64,000 nt of DNA from Chloroflexia bacterium (GTDB lineage Bacteria; Chloroflexota; Chloroflexia; Chloroheliales; Chloroheliaceae), in contig DATAKM010000133.1 of NCBI GenBank assembly GCA_036261665.1, positions 255 to 64,254 on the forward strand, in the 5' to 3' direction. Shown here one piece after another: positions 9,967-19,198 of the stretch; the stretch's first letter is position 1; every line of letters starts with the position of its first letter. Under the pieces are notes generated by a model, which ran no database searches, was not told where the DNA came from, and saw nothing but the letters and a program-made list of their open reading frames with translations. A program made the position numbers and the translations under genes.

Positions 9967-11745
9967 CTAGATTTCGATCTTTTGCATAAGAGAAAGCTCG
10001 GCCTCGTTACGCGGCTCGGGATAGCGCTCTAACCAGATCAGTTCCAGTTCCTTCAACAACTCGGGAGAAGGTATCACCGCCTCTTCGCCTGCAAAGAGGC
10101 CCTCCTTTTCCCACTCCTGGCGGTTCAGGCTGAGGGCGAGAGGATTAACGGGCTGTCCGGGCGGGATTTCTGCCACGGAACGAGCCGCCCGGTAAAAGAG
10201 GGCCGCCGCCAGTTGGTCCAGCAGAGCTACATTTCGCTCCAGGCGGCGGCGCAACTCCCCGGCGCTGTACTTGACGGTCAGGGCCTGATTCAACTCCTTC
10301 AGGATGGGAAGTTGTAAGTAATCTACAAATATGTCCCGGTATTCGGTGGTCTCCAGTTCATTCCAGGCCCGGAACAGGGCCTGCATCCGGCGCTGTAGAG
10401 CGGCCAGGTGGCCCGTCAGGTCGTAAATTGTACCCATATAGCCCAGGTCGGCCAGTTTGCGATTGAAAAAGAGCAGGGTCACAAAGCCCCAGTAGAGCGA
10501 ATTATCCCAGACCAGTTTTGCCAGCATCACCTGGGCGTTGCCGAAAAGGGGGTACTGGTGCTGGTAAATCTGGAGAAAGACATCGTAGGTAACGGCGTGG
10601 ATCTGGTCGTAGAAAGCGGCGCTGCCCGGTAGGTCATCCTGGTTGAAATCGTGGTAGATCAGGTTGGTGATGAAGGTATTGCTGATCCCGATGAAATCGC
10701 TGCCCATCGAATAGAGCGGGTCCAGGAAACGGCCTGCTTCCCCGGTAACAGCCCAGCGCTCCTCCGAAAAGACCTGCAAGGCGTTCAGGGCAAAGTGTTT
10801 CTGCACCTTGAAGTCCTGCACCTGCTCCGCCTGGGCCTTGACCGCTTCGTAACACTGCGGCTCGTACTTTTGCAGCCAATCCAGGGCCCGGTCCAGGCGG
10901 TTATAACTCTCAAAAGGATGGATTTTTTCGTCGGCCACGATACCCACGCTGATCGAACCGGAAGCCAGCGGTATTAACCAGACCCAGTAACCTGCCCCGA
11001 CCAGGTGGTTGGTACTTAACCAGCGTTCCCCCTTGATAATGCGCTCTTTCCAACCGGGCTGGTCCGACCAATTTTCAATATCTATCATCTCCGGCAGGCG
11101 GAACCAGGCTGCGTTAACATTATGTTCGACCTCCGCTTTCAAGCCGAAGCGGCGTTTGAGGACGCTTCCTCGTCCCGAAGCGTCTACCAGCCAGCGGGCC
11201 GCTGCCGTCTTTTCACCCGCCTGATCGGAAACGCCGAGATAGTGCGCGTCTGCGCCCGCTTCAATTTCCCTGATTTTGCAACCTTCCCATAAATCGCAGC
11301 CCTTCACGATGGCCTGCTCTTTAAGATAGTTTTCCAGGCGGCCCCGGTCAAGCTGGTAAGTTGCTACGGGCGACGGCAGGCTGCGACCCGCTTCTACCCG
11401 GCGGGTGATGTCCTGGTTGGTTTGTTGGGTGAAAAAGAAGCGCAGGCCGAACTTGGTCAGTTGCTCTTGCTCAAGGTGCTGCCTGATGCCGATTATCTCT
11501 CTTAAATAAAAGGCCCCTATTTCGGCACTGGACTCGCCTACTTTAAAAGCCGCCTCAGGCCGCGGAAAGAGGCCTCTTTCGATCAGCAGAATTGAGGTAG
11601 CGGGACGGGCTCTTTTCAGTTGCAGCGCCAGGGTCAGTCCTGCCAGGCCTGCCCCGATAATCGCCACGTCGTAATAAGCTTTTTTACAGGTTTCTTCGCC
11701 GCTGTTTGCAGCCTTTCGCACAGGGTTATCGTTAATGTCAGCCAT
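9967..11745 (-). CDS. Flavin-dependent halogenase-like FAD oxidoreductase (tryptophan halogenase superfamily)
   Basis: GAGLAG dinucleotide motif, KVGES, LTKFGLRF (candidate catalytic Lys), DASGR, WVWLIP (WxWxIP), FLDPLYSMG. Confidence 0.8.
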   Translation of the reverse strand: MADINDNPVRKAANSGEETCKKAYYDVAIIGAGLAGLTLALQLKRARPATSILLIERGLFPRPEAAFKVGESSAEIGAFYLREIIGIRQHLEQEQLTKFGLRFFFTQQTNQDITRRVEAGRSLPSPVATYQLDRGRLENYLKEQAIVKGCDLWEGCKIREIEAGADAHYLGVSDQAGEKTAAARWLVDASGRGSVLKRRFGLKAEVEHNVNAAWFRLPEMIDIENWSDQPGWKERIIKGERWLSTNHLVGAGYWVWLIPLASGSISVGIVADEKIHPFESYNRLDRALDWLQKYEPQCYEAVKAQAEQVQDFKVQKHFALNALQVFSEERWAVTGEAGRFLDPLYSMGSDFIGISNTFITNLIYHDFNQDDLPGSAAFYDQIHAVTYDVFLQIYQHQYPLFGNAQVMLAKLVWDNSLYWGFVTLLFFNRKLADLGYMGTIYDLTGHLAALQRRMQALFRAWNELETTEYRDIFVDYLQLPILKELNQALTVKYSAGELRRRLERNVALLDQLAAALFYRAARSVAEIPPGQPVNPLALSLNRQEWEKEGLFAGEEAVIPSPELLKELELIWLERYPEPRNEAELSLMQKIEI

Positions 11746-11975
11746 ACTACCTGCCGTTTCTTTAAGAGGGAACTCAACCGGCCAGCTTTGATAGTGCTAT
11801 TTTATTCTAATAGAGCCTGTTTTGTCATTACCTATGTAGATATAGCGGGTATTTAAGGCAAAAACTGGCGGTTGGGGTTGCACAACCGGTTTACCGGATG
11901 CCTGACATTGCTTGAAGGGCGCGACCTTTCCTTTAGCATGGGCCGTCAGCCAGTAGTTGCATCAGTTCTCTAACC

Positions 11976-12061
11976 CATACTCGGCAGCCGCGAAGCTCCT
12001 TTTGCAAAGGAATGGGCCTGCACGCTTTGTGCAAGGCCCATCCCGCAAGTGAGGGAGTATG
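11976..12061. repeat. Small palindromic element or terminator at the end of the mannoside operon
   Basis: CATACTC...GAGTATG ends enclosing hairpins TCCTTT-TGC-AAAGGA and ATGGGCCTGCAC...GTGCAAGGCCCAT, plus a CCCGCAAG motif. Confidence 0.45.
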
Positions 12062-12078
12062 CTAAATACGCGGCAGGG

Positions 12079-14634
12079 TTACAGCCAACCGGTCCGAACC
12101 ATTTCCGGTCGAATGACTTTGCCCTCCGGGTGCCAGATTTTAATAGTCCGGCTTTCGCCCGGATAGAGGTCAACCCAGTTGTCGGAGTAGCGAGTGCCTT
12201 CCAGCGGCACAGCCAGCCAGGTAAAGTAGGCAAAAGCACTGCTCGAAAGGTGAGCCAGGAGGCCAGAACCGCTCTCTTCCCAGCTAATTGTCACGGCCGG
12301 TTTGGTCCTTTCCAGGTCTTTAAACTCTGCCAGGAAAAGGCGATTTTCTGGCAAGCCGCCGCTGCTGCTCTGCACCCTCAAAAGAGTTTGCCGCCGGTTG
12401 ACCCCTGCCAGCAACCCGGCGGGCAGGTGAGCGACCGGCTTGCTGCTGTTCCGTTCTACCGCTGCCGGAACTGTCTCACCAGCCAGGATGTTACCATCGA
12501 AGGTGAGAAGCTGCCAGGTAAGGGTATCGGTGTAAGGTTTGAGCGTGTCATTGGTCAGCCAGAGAGTGACAGCGCCGTCTGTCTCTTCCTTAAAAGAAGC
12601 CAGCACTGGGGCATAGGCTCGCTTCAGGTAAAAGTAGCCGGCTTTAGGGAAGGCGTAATAGTCCAGCACAGACCAGGAGAGACCGGGCCAGCAATCGTTC
12701 CACTGCCAGATCAAAGTGCCCGAGCAGTGGAATTTCCGCCTGCGATAGTGTTCGATGCCGTACTTGAGGCCCTCCGCCTGGGTTATCATCGAGAAATCAA
12801 TGTACTGCTCCAGGCTGCCCGGCAAGCCGGTGTGCGCCTGCATCAGCATATTACCCTTGTCTTTGGGATTATCTTTATTGCGGAAAAGCAGGCCGGGCGA
12901 GCCGAAGTAGCATTCGGACTCAGGCACGTTGCGTTGAATGGTTTCCAGCACCGGGAGGGCGTGAATGCCAAATTCCGAAATGAAACGGGCCTGATCCTCA
13001 CCGTAGTGCCGGTAGGAAACTCCCTCCGGGCTCCAGTTGCGTTCCGGTAGTTCACCGAAGCGGCGCGGCTCAATCCCGCCGTGCCAGACATACCAGTTAT
13101 GGCGGTCTCCCGCCTGCTCCCCGTTATGGTCGTTGCCACCGTAGGGGCTGGAAGGCCAGTAAACATGGGCCGGGTCGAGCCGTTCCACGATCTCCGATAT
13201 AAGCTCGTGATAGAGCCGTTTTCCGGCAAAGTCATGGCCGGGCTGGTCCCAGCGCTCCTTATCTTCGGCCCAGTCCACCTCGTTATTGCCTACCCACAGG
13301 GCCAGGCAAGGATGATTGCGCAGGCGCCGCACCTGGTACTCCACCTCGGAGCGGACCTCTGCTACAAAGCCGGGCTCGAAATCGGGGTAAAGGCCGCAGG
13401 CAAACATAAAGTCGTGCCAGATGAGAATGCCCAGTTCATCCGCCAGCTTATAAAAATCATCCCGCTCGTACTGGCCGCCGCCCCACACTCGCAGCATGTT
13501 ACCGTTGGCTTCAACCAGCAGCTTTAACAGCTCGGCGTAGCGCTCCCGGTCAACCCGCCCGTTCAGCGAGTCCGCCGGAATCCAGTTCGCGCCTTTGGCG
13601 AAGATGGGGGTGCCGTTAACGACAAAAGTAAAGAACTCGCAGCCCGGTTCCTCAGAGTCCTGCGAGCGGTCCAGCGTCACCTGGCAAACGCCTACCCGGT
13701 CCTCGAAAACATCCAGGATCTTTCCCCCGTCTTTAAGCGTGACAGTCAGGTCGTAGAGAGGCTGTTTGCCGTAGCCCTGCGGCCACCACAACTCCGGGTT
13801 TGCCAGTTCAAAAACCAGCCGGGCTTCCGGCCCGTTCAGGCCGGACTCCTGGTTGACAAGCTCTTTTTCGTTCAGACGCAGGCTGACCTGCATGCTTAAA
13901 TCGCCTGAATTCTCCCACCGCTCGACTTCGCTTGAAAGACTCAGGATGGCGCGATCTTTGTCCAGGCCAAGCGTACGAAAATAAGGCGATAGCAGCCGGG
14001 CTTTGCTAAAATGTTCCAGGCGTACTTCCTGCCAGATACCCACGTTAACCAGCCGGGGTGCCCAGTCCCACGAAAAATGCGATTGGGTTTTGCGTGCATA
14101 AACCCGCTCCCTGGCGTTGTAATCGCCCCACTGGCCGGGAATTTCTGGCTGCGTCAGGTGCAGGCTGACCGGGTCGAAGCGTACCGCCAGCAGATTTGGC
14201 TGGTCCGGCTTGAGTTTGCCGGTGACATCAAAGCGCGCTTCGCGGAACATATTCTGGTGCTGGCCCAGGTAGCTGCCGTTCAGATAGAGCGTAGCGTAAG
14301 TATCGAGTCCATCGAAAACCAGAAAATCACGCCCTCCCGGTTCCTGTAGGTTGAAGGGAACGCTAAAAGTGGTGCGATACCACCACTCGCGCTCTTCCAC
14401 CCACTGCACCTCTTCTACATTAGTATGGTAAAAAGGCTCCGGTATGCGCCCTGCCGCCAGTAAACTGGTGTGTACATCGCCAGGGACGGCGGCAGGTATC
14501 CACTCTCCCGCCTGCTCCTTATACTCGGGGGAATAAACACCGGTTTCTTCGCCGCCACCCGGTTCAAAATCTTTTAGTCGCCACTCACCTTTCAAACTCA
14601 AGTGCTTACTCGCTTTCGAGTTCATCAGGTACAT
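12079..14634 (-). CDS. GH2 beta-mannosidase
   Basis: VPGDVHT.L, FDGLDTYA, FSWDWAP, KGANWIP, NMLRVWGGG.YE, WHDFMFAC, LWVGNNE (acid/base), RFISEFG (nucleophile), WQWNDCWP. Confidence 0.93.
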   Translation of the reverse strand: MYLMNSKASKHLSLKGEWRLKDFEPGGGEETGVYSPEYKEQAGEWIPAAVPGDVHTSLLAAGRIPEPFYHTNVEEVQWVEEREWWYRTTFSVPFNLQEPGGRDFLVFDGLDTYATLYLNGSYLGQHQNMFREARFDVTGKLKPDQPNLLAVRFDPVSLHLTQPEIPGQWGDYNARERVYARKTQSHFSWDWAPRLVNVGIWQEVRLEHFSKARLLSPYFRTLGLDKDRAILSLSSEVERWENSGDLSMQVSLRLNEKELVNQESGLNGPEARLVFELANPELWWPQGYGKQPLYDLTVTLKDGGKILDVFEDRVGVCQVTLDRSQDSEEPGCEFFTFVVNGTPIFAKGANWIPADSLNGRVDRERYAELLKLLVEANGNMLRVWGGGQYERDDFYKLADELGILIWHDFMFACGLYPDFEPGFVAEVRSEVEYQVRRLRNHPCLALWVGNNEVDWAEDKERWDQPGHDFAGKRLYHELISEIVERLDPAHVYWPSSPYGGNDHNGEQAGDRHNWYVWHGGIEPRRFGELPERNWSPEGVSYRHYGEDQARFISEFGIHALPVLETIQRNVPESECYFGSPGLLFRNKDNPKDKGNMLMQAHTGLPGSLEQYIDFSMITQAEGLKYGIEHYRRRKFHCSGTLIWQWNDCWPGLSWSVLDYYAFPKAGYFYLKRAYAPVLASFKEETDGAVTLWLTNDTLKPYTDTLTWQLLTFDGNILAGETVPAAVERNSSKPVAHLPAGLLAGVNRRQTLLRVQSSSGGLPENRLFLAEFKDLERTKPAVTISWEESGSGLLAHLSSSAFAYFTWLAVPLEGTRYSDNWVDLYPGESRTIKIWHPEGKVIRPEMVRTGWL

Positions 14635-14716
14635 CTCCTTGATAAATATGCGAAGTAATATTACTGCCTGTTTAAAACCCGGTTTTGATAGAACTGGGGT
14701 TATCCGGGTTAAAGGC

Positions 14717-17125
14717 TCAGGCCTTCCGAGCTGTCAGGACCACTTTGCGCCATTCGCCGGCCTCCAGTTCAAGCTCTGCCAGGCTGGCCTGGCCCCGGCC
14801 ATCCGCCCTTAACTCTTCTTCCAGCTTCCCGGCCCGGCAGAGATAAAGGCCCTCTGCGGTTAAATGCTCGAAGGTCAGGGTAACCCGGCAGGCCGAAGAT
14901 AACGGATTATAGACGATATAATGCCTTTCTGGTTGAGCCGGGAAAGCCGCCATGCTATCCCACTCGAATAAATCCAGGTTCAAGAGCATGATCGCAGGGT
15001 CGGAAGCCTGGCCGAGCGCCTCAAACATCAGGGCGAACCAGACCGTCTCCCCCGCTCCATAGATCTCGCGCCCGATAGCCCCGCTGGCCTGCCCGGCAGG
15101 TGGCATCTGCTGGTGTGAACTGAGATGCATGGCGGCGCACCACTCAAACATCTCCAGGTCTTCCAGTGGAATAGAGGGAGTAGGGGTGCCGGCTCTGCCC
15201 GGATAGAGTTCTTGCTCATCCAGGCAGGAGGTATAGTGCTGGAAGGCGCTGTAACGGGCCAGGTTAAAGAACTTTATCACCGGTTCCAGCACCTCCCGGT
15301 CTCTTTCCGGGTCAGCTCGGCGCAACCAGGGCAGGAGAGCCAGTAAAGTTTCGCCGTTCTCCTTCTGAGCCGGATAGCGAATGCCCGCCCAGGCCTGGAA
15401 TAGCCCGCGCCGGGGGCGAGCGCCCGTACCTGGCAGGGCCGTTTCATCCTGCCAGTAACCCATGCGCAGAAGGTCGGCCGCCAGGTCGGTCGCCAGTTCC
15501 GCCCGGCCTAGAATAGATGCCGCCGCCGCGCCGTAACTTAGTTCGAACGGTTCCCAGAAAAGCGTGTCGGGCGGGAAATTTCTGAGAATATCCACGGCTT
15601 TTTCAGCCTCGGCCTGATAGCTTTCTTCCCCACTCAGCCAGTAAGCCTGGAGCATGATGTAGGCATAGATGCCCAGGCAGGCCCAGTTCTGAGAGGTGTT
15701 AAGCCATTCGAACCAGCGCCGCGAGCCAAAAGGCACTGTACCTTTGGTTATATCAATTTCTCCGTCTTCCACCCCGGAAGGCGCTTCCTCGTGAAACGGT
15801 TCCAGGGTGAGCGGATTATAAAAGGAAGCGAGGCGGTAGTCATGCTTCTTTACGAACTCGATGGCGCGTTCGCAGGCTTGCAGGAAGATTTTACTTAAAT
15901 CCCCGGCGACTTCCGGTTGCGAAGTAAGATGGGCGCTCCAACCCAGGCGCAGAAGCGGCTCAAAGAAGTACCAGGTATCGCCGTAAGCCGTGCCAATCTG
16001 AGTATTGGGGCGCATTACCAGCGGTTCGCCCGTCCTTAAATTCACCTGGTTGATGAAAAGACGATGTTCCGGGCTGTAATGATGCCGCAGCGAAGCGGCT
16101 ACTTTGGTCAGGTGGTCTGCCTGCGCCGGGTCGGGCCAGAGGCGCAAAGCCGCGAACCAGGCTGGCAGCACATCCAGCGAAGCCATCGCCTCGATGCGCT
16201 CGTCCACCGGGCCACCGTTACGGGCTAACTGGCTTTCCTCCTGTACATAAGCCACGTAACCTCGCACCGCCTGCTCCATCCAGCACAGTCCCGGCAGCAT
16301 CAGTTCTTGCAGGTCGGCGCGGGCAAAAGTGGCCCACTGCGCCCCGGCAGGCGCAGGGATGGCAGGGGTACCGGGCAGCAACTGATTGCAAATTGCGGCC
16401 AGTCTGCGGACGGCTGTCCATTCCGATGGGCGCCTGGCCTGAGGCGCAAGGTAGATGCGCCAGGCCAGGTGATAAGTGCCTGCCGGAAGCGTGGCCGAAC
16501 GGGTAGCACTGTCCGGGCGGGGCATAAAACCGAAAGTGCGCCCGCTGTCACCCGGGCCGCAGCGGTAATCGGCCAGGCGGTTTAAGCCCTGGCGCTGGAA
16601 CCAGTCGCACTTTTCCAGGTCGGGGAAGATTACCGCTTCAGCCTGGCTGCCTGCCTGCCAGAGATAAGCGGCGGGCAGGTCGTTGGAGCGCAGCCAGGGC
16701 ACGGCAGGATTATGCTCGGTCGGCTGGCAGACTGCCACTGCCCGGTCTGCTTCCGGCGGCGGTTCGAGGGAAAGCCTGACGGCAGGCGCTTCGGCGGCTT
16801 GCTCTAACTGCAAATCCGAAGTGACCGGGAAAGAAGCCGTAAGGCTAAACCAGCCCGGCCTATTTTCGAGAGATTCTATGCTGCCCTGCCAGGCCTGACC
16901 CTGCCCGGTCGTGCCCTTTAGCCGGAGAGTACCGGCAGAGCCCTCTTCCACCTGTTCGATCAGGAGGCCCGGCGCGCCTTCCATTAAAGCGCTATCCGTA
17001 AAAACCGGCCTGTCACCTGCTAAAAAGGTTAAAGAGTAGGCTTTGTGGCCGGATTGGGAGGGCCTGAGCAAAAGGCGAGCCTTGCCTGAAACTAACTCGT
17101 ATTGCTTGCTAAGTTCTTGTTGCAT
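14717..17125 (-). CDS. Uncharacterised 802-aa cytoplasmic protein, candidate carbohydrate-active enzyme
   Basis: Long ORF with an AGGAG RBS, co-oriented between GH130 and GH2; beta-rich N-terminus and aromatic-rich helical C-terminal half; no family motif recognised. Confidence 0.75.
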   Translation of the reverse strand: MQQELSKQYELVSGKARLLLRPSQSGHKAYSLTFLAGDRPVFTDSALMEGAPGLLIEQVEEGSAGTLRLKGTTGQGQAWQGSIESLENRPGWFSLTASFPVTSDLQLEQAAEAPAVRLSLEPPPEADRAVAVCQPTEHNPAVPWLRSNDLPAAYLWQAGSQAEAVIFPDLEKCDWFQRQGLNRLADYRCGPGDSGRTFGFMPRPDSATRSATLPAGTYHLAWRIYLAPQARRPSEWTAVRRLAAICNQLLPGTPAIPAPAGAQWATFARADLQELMLPGLCWMEQAVRGYVAYVQEESQLARNGGPVDERIEAMASLDVLPAWFAALRLWPDPAQADHLTKVAASLRHHYSPEHRLFINQVNLRTGEPLVMRPNTQIGTAYGDTWYFFEPLLRLGWSAHLTSQPEVAGDLSKIFLQACERAIEFVKKHDYRLASFYNPLTLEPFHEEAPSGVEDGEIDITKGTVPFGSRRWFEWLNTSQNWACLGIYAYIMLQAYWLSGEESYQAEAEKAVDILRNFPPDTLFWEPFELSYGAAAASILGRAELATDLAADLLRMGYWQDETALPGTGARPRRGLFQAWAGIRYPAQKENGETLLALLPWLRRADPERDREVLEPVIKFFNLARYSAFQHYTSCLDEQELYPGRAGTPTPSIPLEDLEMFEWCAAMHLSSHQQMPPAGQASGAIGREIYGAGETVWFALMFEALGQASDPAIMLLNLDLFEWDSMAAFPAQPERHYIVYNPLSSACRVTLTFEHLTAEGLYLCRAGKLEEELRADGRGQASLAELELEAGEWRKVVLTARKA

Positions 17126-17155
17126 TTCTCTCCTGCGTCCTGATTAATCGAAAGT

Positions 17156-18184
17156 CTACAAAACTGGCTTTATGGTTGAGGCAACCCCGATCGCCAGGTC
17201 GGCCATGCCGTAGATAACCAGCACGCGGCCGTCCGGTTGGGGCAGCACTCCGGTCGGGAAAACGACATTATTGACCACGCCGACTTTTTCAGCCTCGGTA
17301 TCAGGTGCCAGCACCGGGGCTTTCGAACGGTAGAGCACCTTGCGCGGGTCCGCCAGGTCCAGCAGGGCCGCGCCCGCCATATAACGGCGGTCAGGGTCGG
17401 CATCGCTTTCGCCTTCCACGGCGTGGTAAAAAATCAGCCAGCCTTCAGGGGTGCGCAGGGGAGGGGTACCTCCGCCGGTTTTCAGATTCTCCCAGCCCGC
17501 TTCGGAGGTCAGGAGAAGATGGTGATCGGTCCAGGTCAGCAGATCATCGGAGAAAGAGAGCCAGATAGAGGCTTTCACCCCGTGATCGCGGGCGACTTCC
17601 GGCGCAAAGGTCGGGCGGTGCAGCAGGGCATAGCGACCGCCGATCTTCTCCGGGAAGAGCATGCCGTCTTTGTTGGAGACGGTCTGGAGATCCAGATTAT
17701 AGGTCGTGCCGCTCCGGCCTTTTAGCTCCAGGGGAGTATAACGGGCCAGGCCGAGCCTTTCCCAGTGCTTTAGATCGCTGGAACGCGCCAGGGCAATGCG
17801 CGGCACCGCATCTCCGCCGGGACCGTCTCCGTAGGCGGTGTAAACCATTATGAAGCTGCCGTCCTGCATGGGTGTTACGCGGGGGTCTTCCACCCCGCCG
17901 TGCACGCCGTCCCGCCACTTTTCATAGGGAGCTTCCGGTTCCAGGGCGCATATATCCAGGCGCTCGGCTACCAGGCCGCCCTGCGCCGGGTGTAACTCGG
18001 CCAGCATTATCCGCGAGTAATTTACCGGTTCAGCCGCCACCGAGCGATAAAGCAGGTAGGCCTTGCCGTTATAGTAAGCTGAGGCCGGGTTCAGGACTCC
18101 ACCGGCCTCGTAAGGCCGGTTGTAATCCGGTTCAAGCACAATGCCCTGCCGTTCCAGGGCAAATTTCTCGGTATCTGTAGTCAT
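17156..18184 (-). CDS. GH130 beta-mannoside phosphorylase/glycosidase
   Basis: GVLNP, LLYR, GVEDPRV, YTAY, NKDGMLFPEKIGGRYALLHRP, KTGGGTPP, FYH, NVVFPTG, YGMAD. Confidence 0.9.
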   Translation of the reverse strand: MTTDTEKFALERQGIVLEPDYNRPYEAGGVLNPASAYYNGKAYLLYRSVAAEPVNYSRIMLAELHPAQGGLVAERLDICALEPEAPYEKWRDGVHGGVEDPRVTPMQDGSFIMVYTAYGDGPGGDAVPRIALARSSDLKHWERLGLARYTPLELKGRSGTTYNLDLQTVSNKDGMLFPEKIGGRYALLHRPTFAPEVARDHGVKASIWLSFSDDLLTWTDHHLLLTSEAGWENLKTGGGTPPLRTPEGWLIFYHAVEGESDADPDRRYMAGAALLDLADPRKVLYRSKAPVLAPDTEAEKVGVVNNVVFPTGVLPQPDGRVLVIYGMADLAIGVASTIKPVL

Positions 18185-18251
18185 CTTGCCTTTCTTCTGT
18201 AGGTCTTTTTAAGCCTTTTAGCCATGCAAACTCCGGTTAGCTGCACCGGGC

Positions 18252-19148
18252 TTAGCCTTTGACACCGCCGGAAGTAAGTCCTTCAATAAAATAGCGCTGG
18301 AAGAAGATAAAGAGTATCAAAACCGGCACGATCATCAGAGTGGACATTGCCATCAGCCATTCCCAGTGCGGGCGCTCGTTTGTACCGCCTGTAAAGAAAT
18401 ACATGCCTACGGTCATGGTGTATTTTGCCTGGGAGTTCAGGTAGATCAAAGGGCTGAGGAAGTCATTCCAGTGGCCCTGGAAACTGATAATGCTGACGGA
18501 AAGCAGGGCAGGCCGAATTAAAGGTATCATGACCCTGGTGAAGGTCTGAAAAACATTAGCGCCATCTATCAGGGCCGCCTCTTCGATTTCTTTCGGCACG
18601 GACGAAAAGAACTGGCGCATCAAGAAGATGAAAAGAGGCGTTCCACCCAGGACCGAACCCAGCACCAGCGGGTCATAATTATTGATTAGGTTGAACTGCT
18701 TCCAGATTAAGAAGGTCGGAATCAGTTTGACCGCGTCCGGCAAGAACATGGTGGATATCATTACCATGAAAAGGAAGTTCCGGCCCGGAAAGGAAAACCG
18801 GGAGAAGCCGTAAGCGACAATGGCCGAAACGAAAACCTCCGCCACCATGGGAACCAGCGTAACAAACATGGTGTTCAAAAAGAAGCGGGTGAAGGGTAAG
18901 GCGTTCCAGGCATCCGGGTAGTTGTGCCACTGGGGGGTGGCCGGCCACCATTCGATGGGCTGGTCGAAAATATGACTGCCTTCTTTGAGCGAACTGGAAA
19001 CCAGCCAGAAAAGCGGTACTAAAAACAGCACCCCGAGCGCCGAAACCAGGAGGTAAATGGCCGCTTTGCCTATCGCCTGCCTGACCCGGGCGGGTGTCCA
19101 GGGAACCCGTTCCCGTGAGGCAGTTGTGCGAGAAATGGTTGTACTCAT
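18252..19148 (-). CDS. Carbohydrate ABC transporter permease (MalG-like)
   Basis: EAA motif PKEIEEAALIDGA; six hydrophobic segments; C-terminal QRYFIEG...GVKG. Confidence 0.93.
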   Translation of the reverse strand: MSTTISRTTASRERVPWTPARVRQAIGKAAIYLLVSALGVLFLVPLFWLVSSSLKEGSHIFDQPIEWWPATPQWHNYPDAWNALPFTRFFLNTMFVTLVPMVAEVFVSAIVAYGFSRFSFPGRNFLFMVMISTMFLPDAVKLIPTFLIWKQFNLINNYDPLVLGSVLGGTPLFIFLMRQFFSSVPKEIEEAALIDGANVFQTFTRVMIPLIRPALLSVSIISFQGHWNDFLSPLIYLNSQAKYTMTVGMYFFTGGTNERPHWEWLMAMSTLMIVPVLILFIFFQRYFIEGLTSGGVKG

Positions 19149-19198
19149 AGTCTATTTCCTTACTGTTTCTTTACCTGATTCTTTTCACAGTCAGCGCC

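Noticed and set aside
12049-13050. Long antisense ORFs (also 2044-2811, 28974-29894, 29961-30809, 53196-53894)
   Set aside because: Shadows of well-supported genes on the opposite strand, with no protein motifs.
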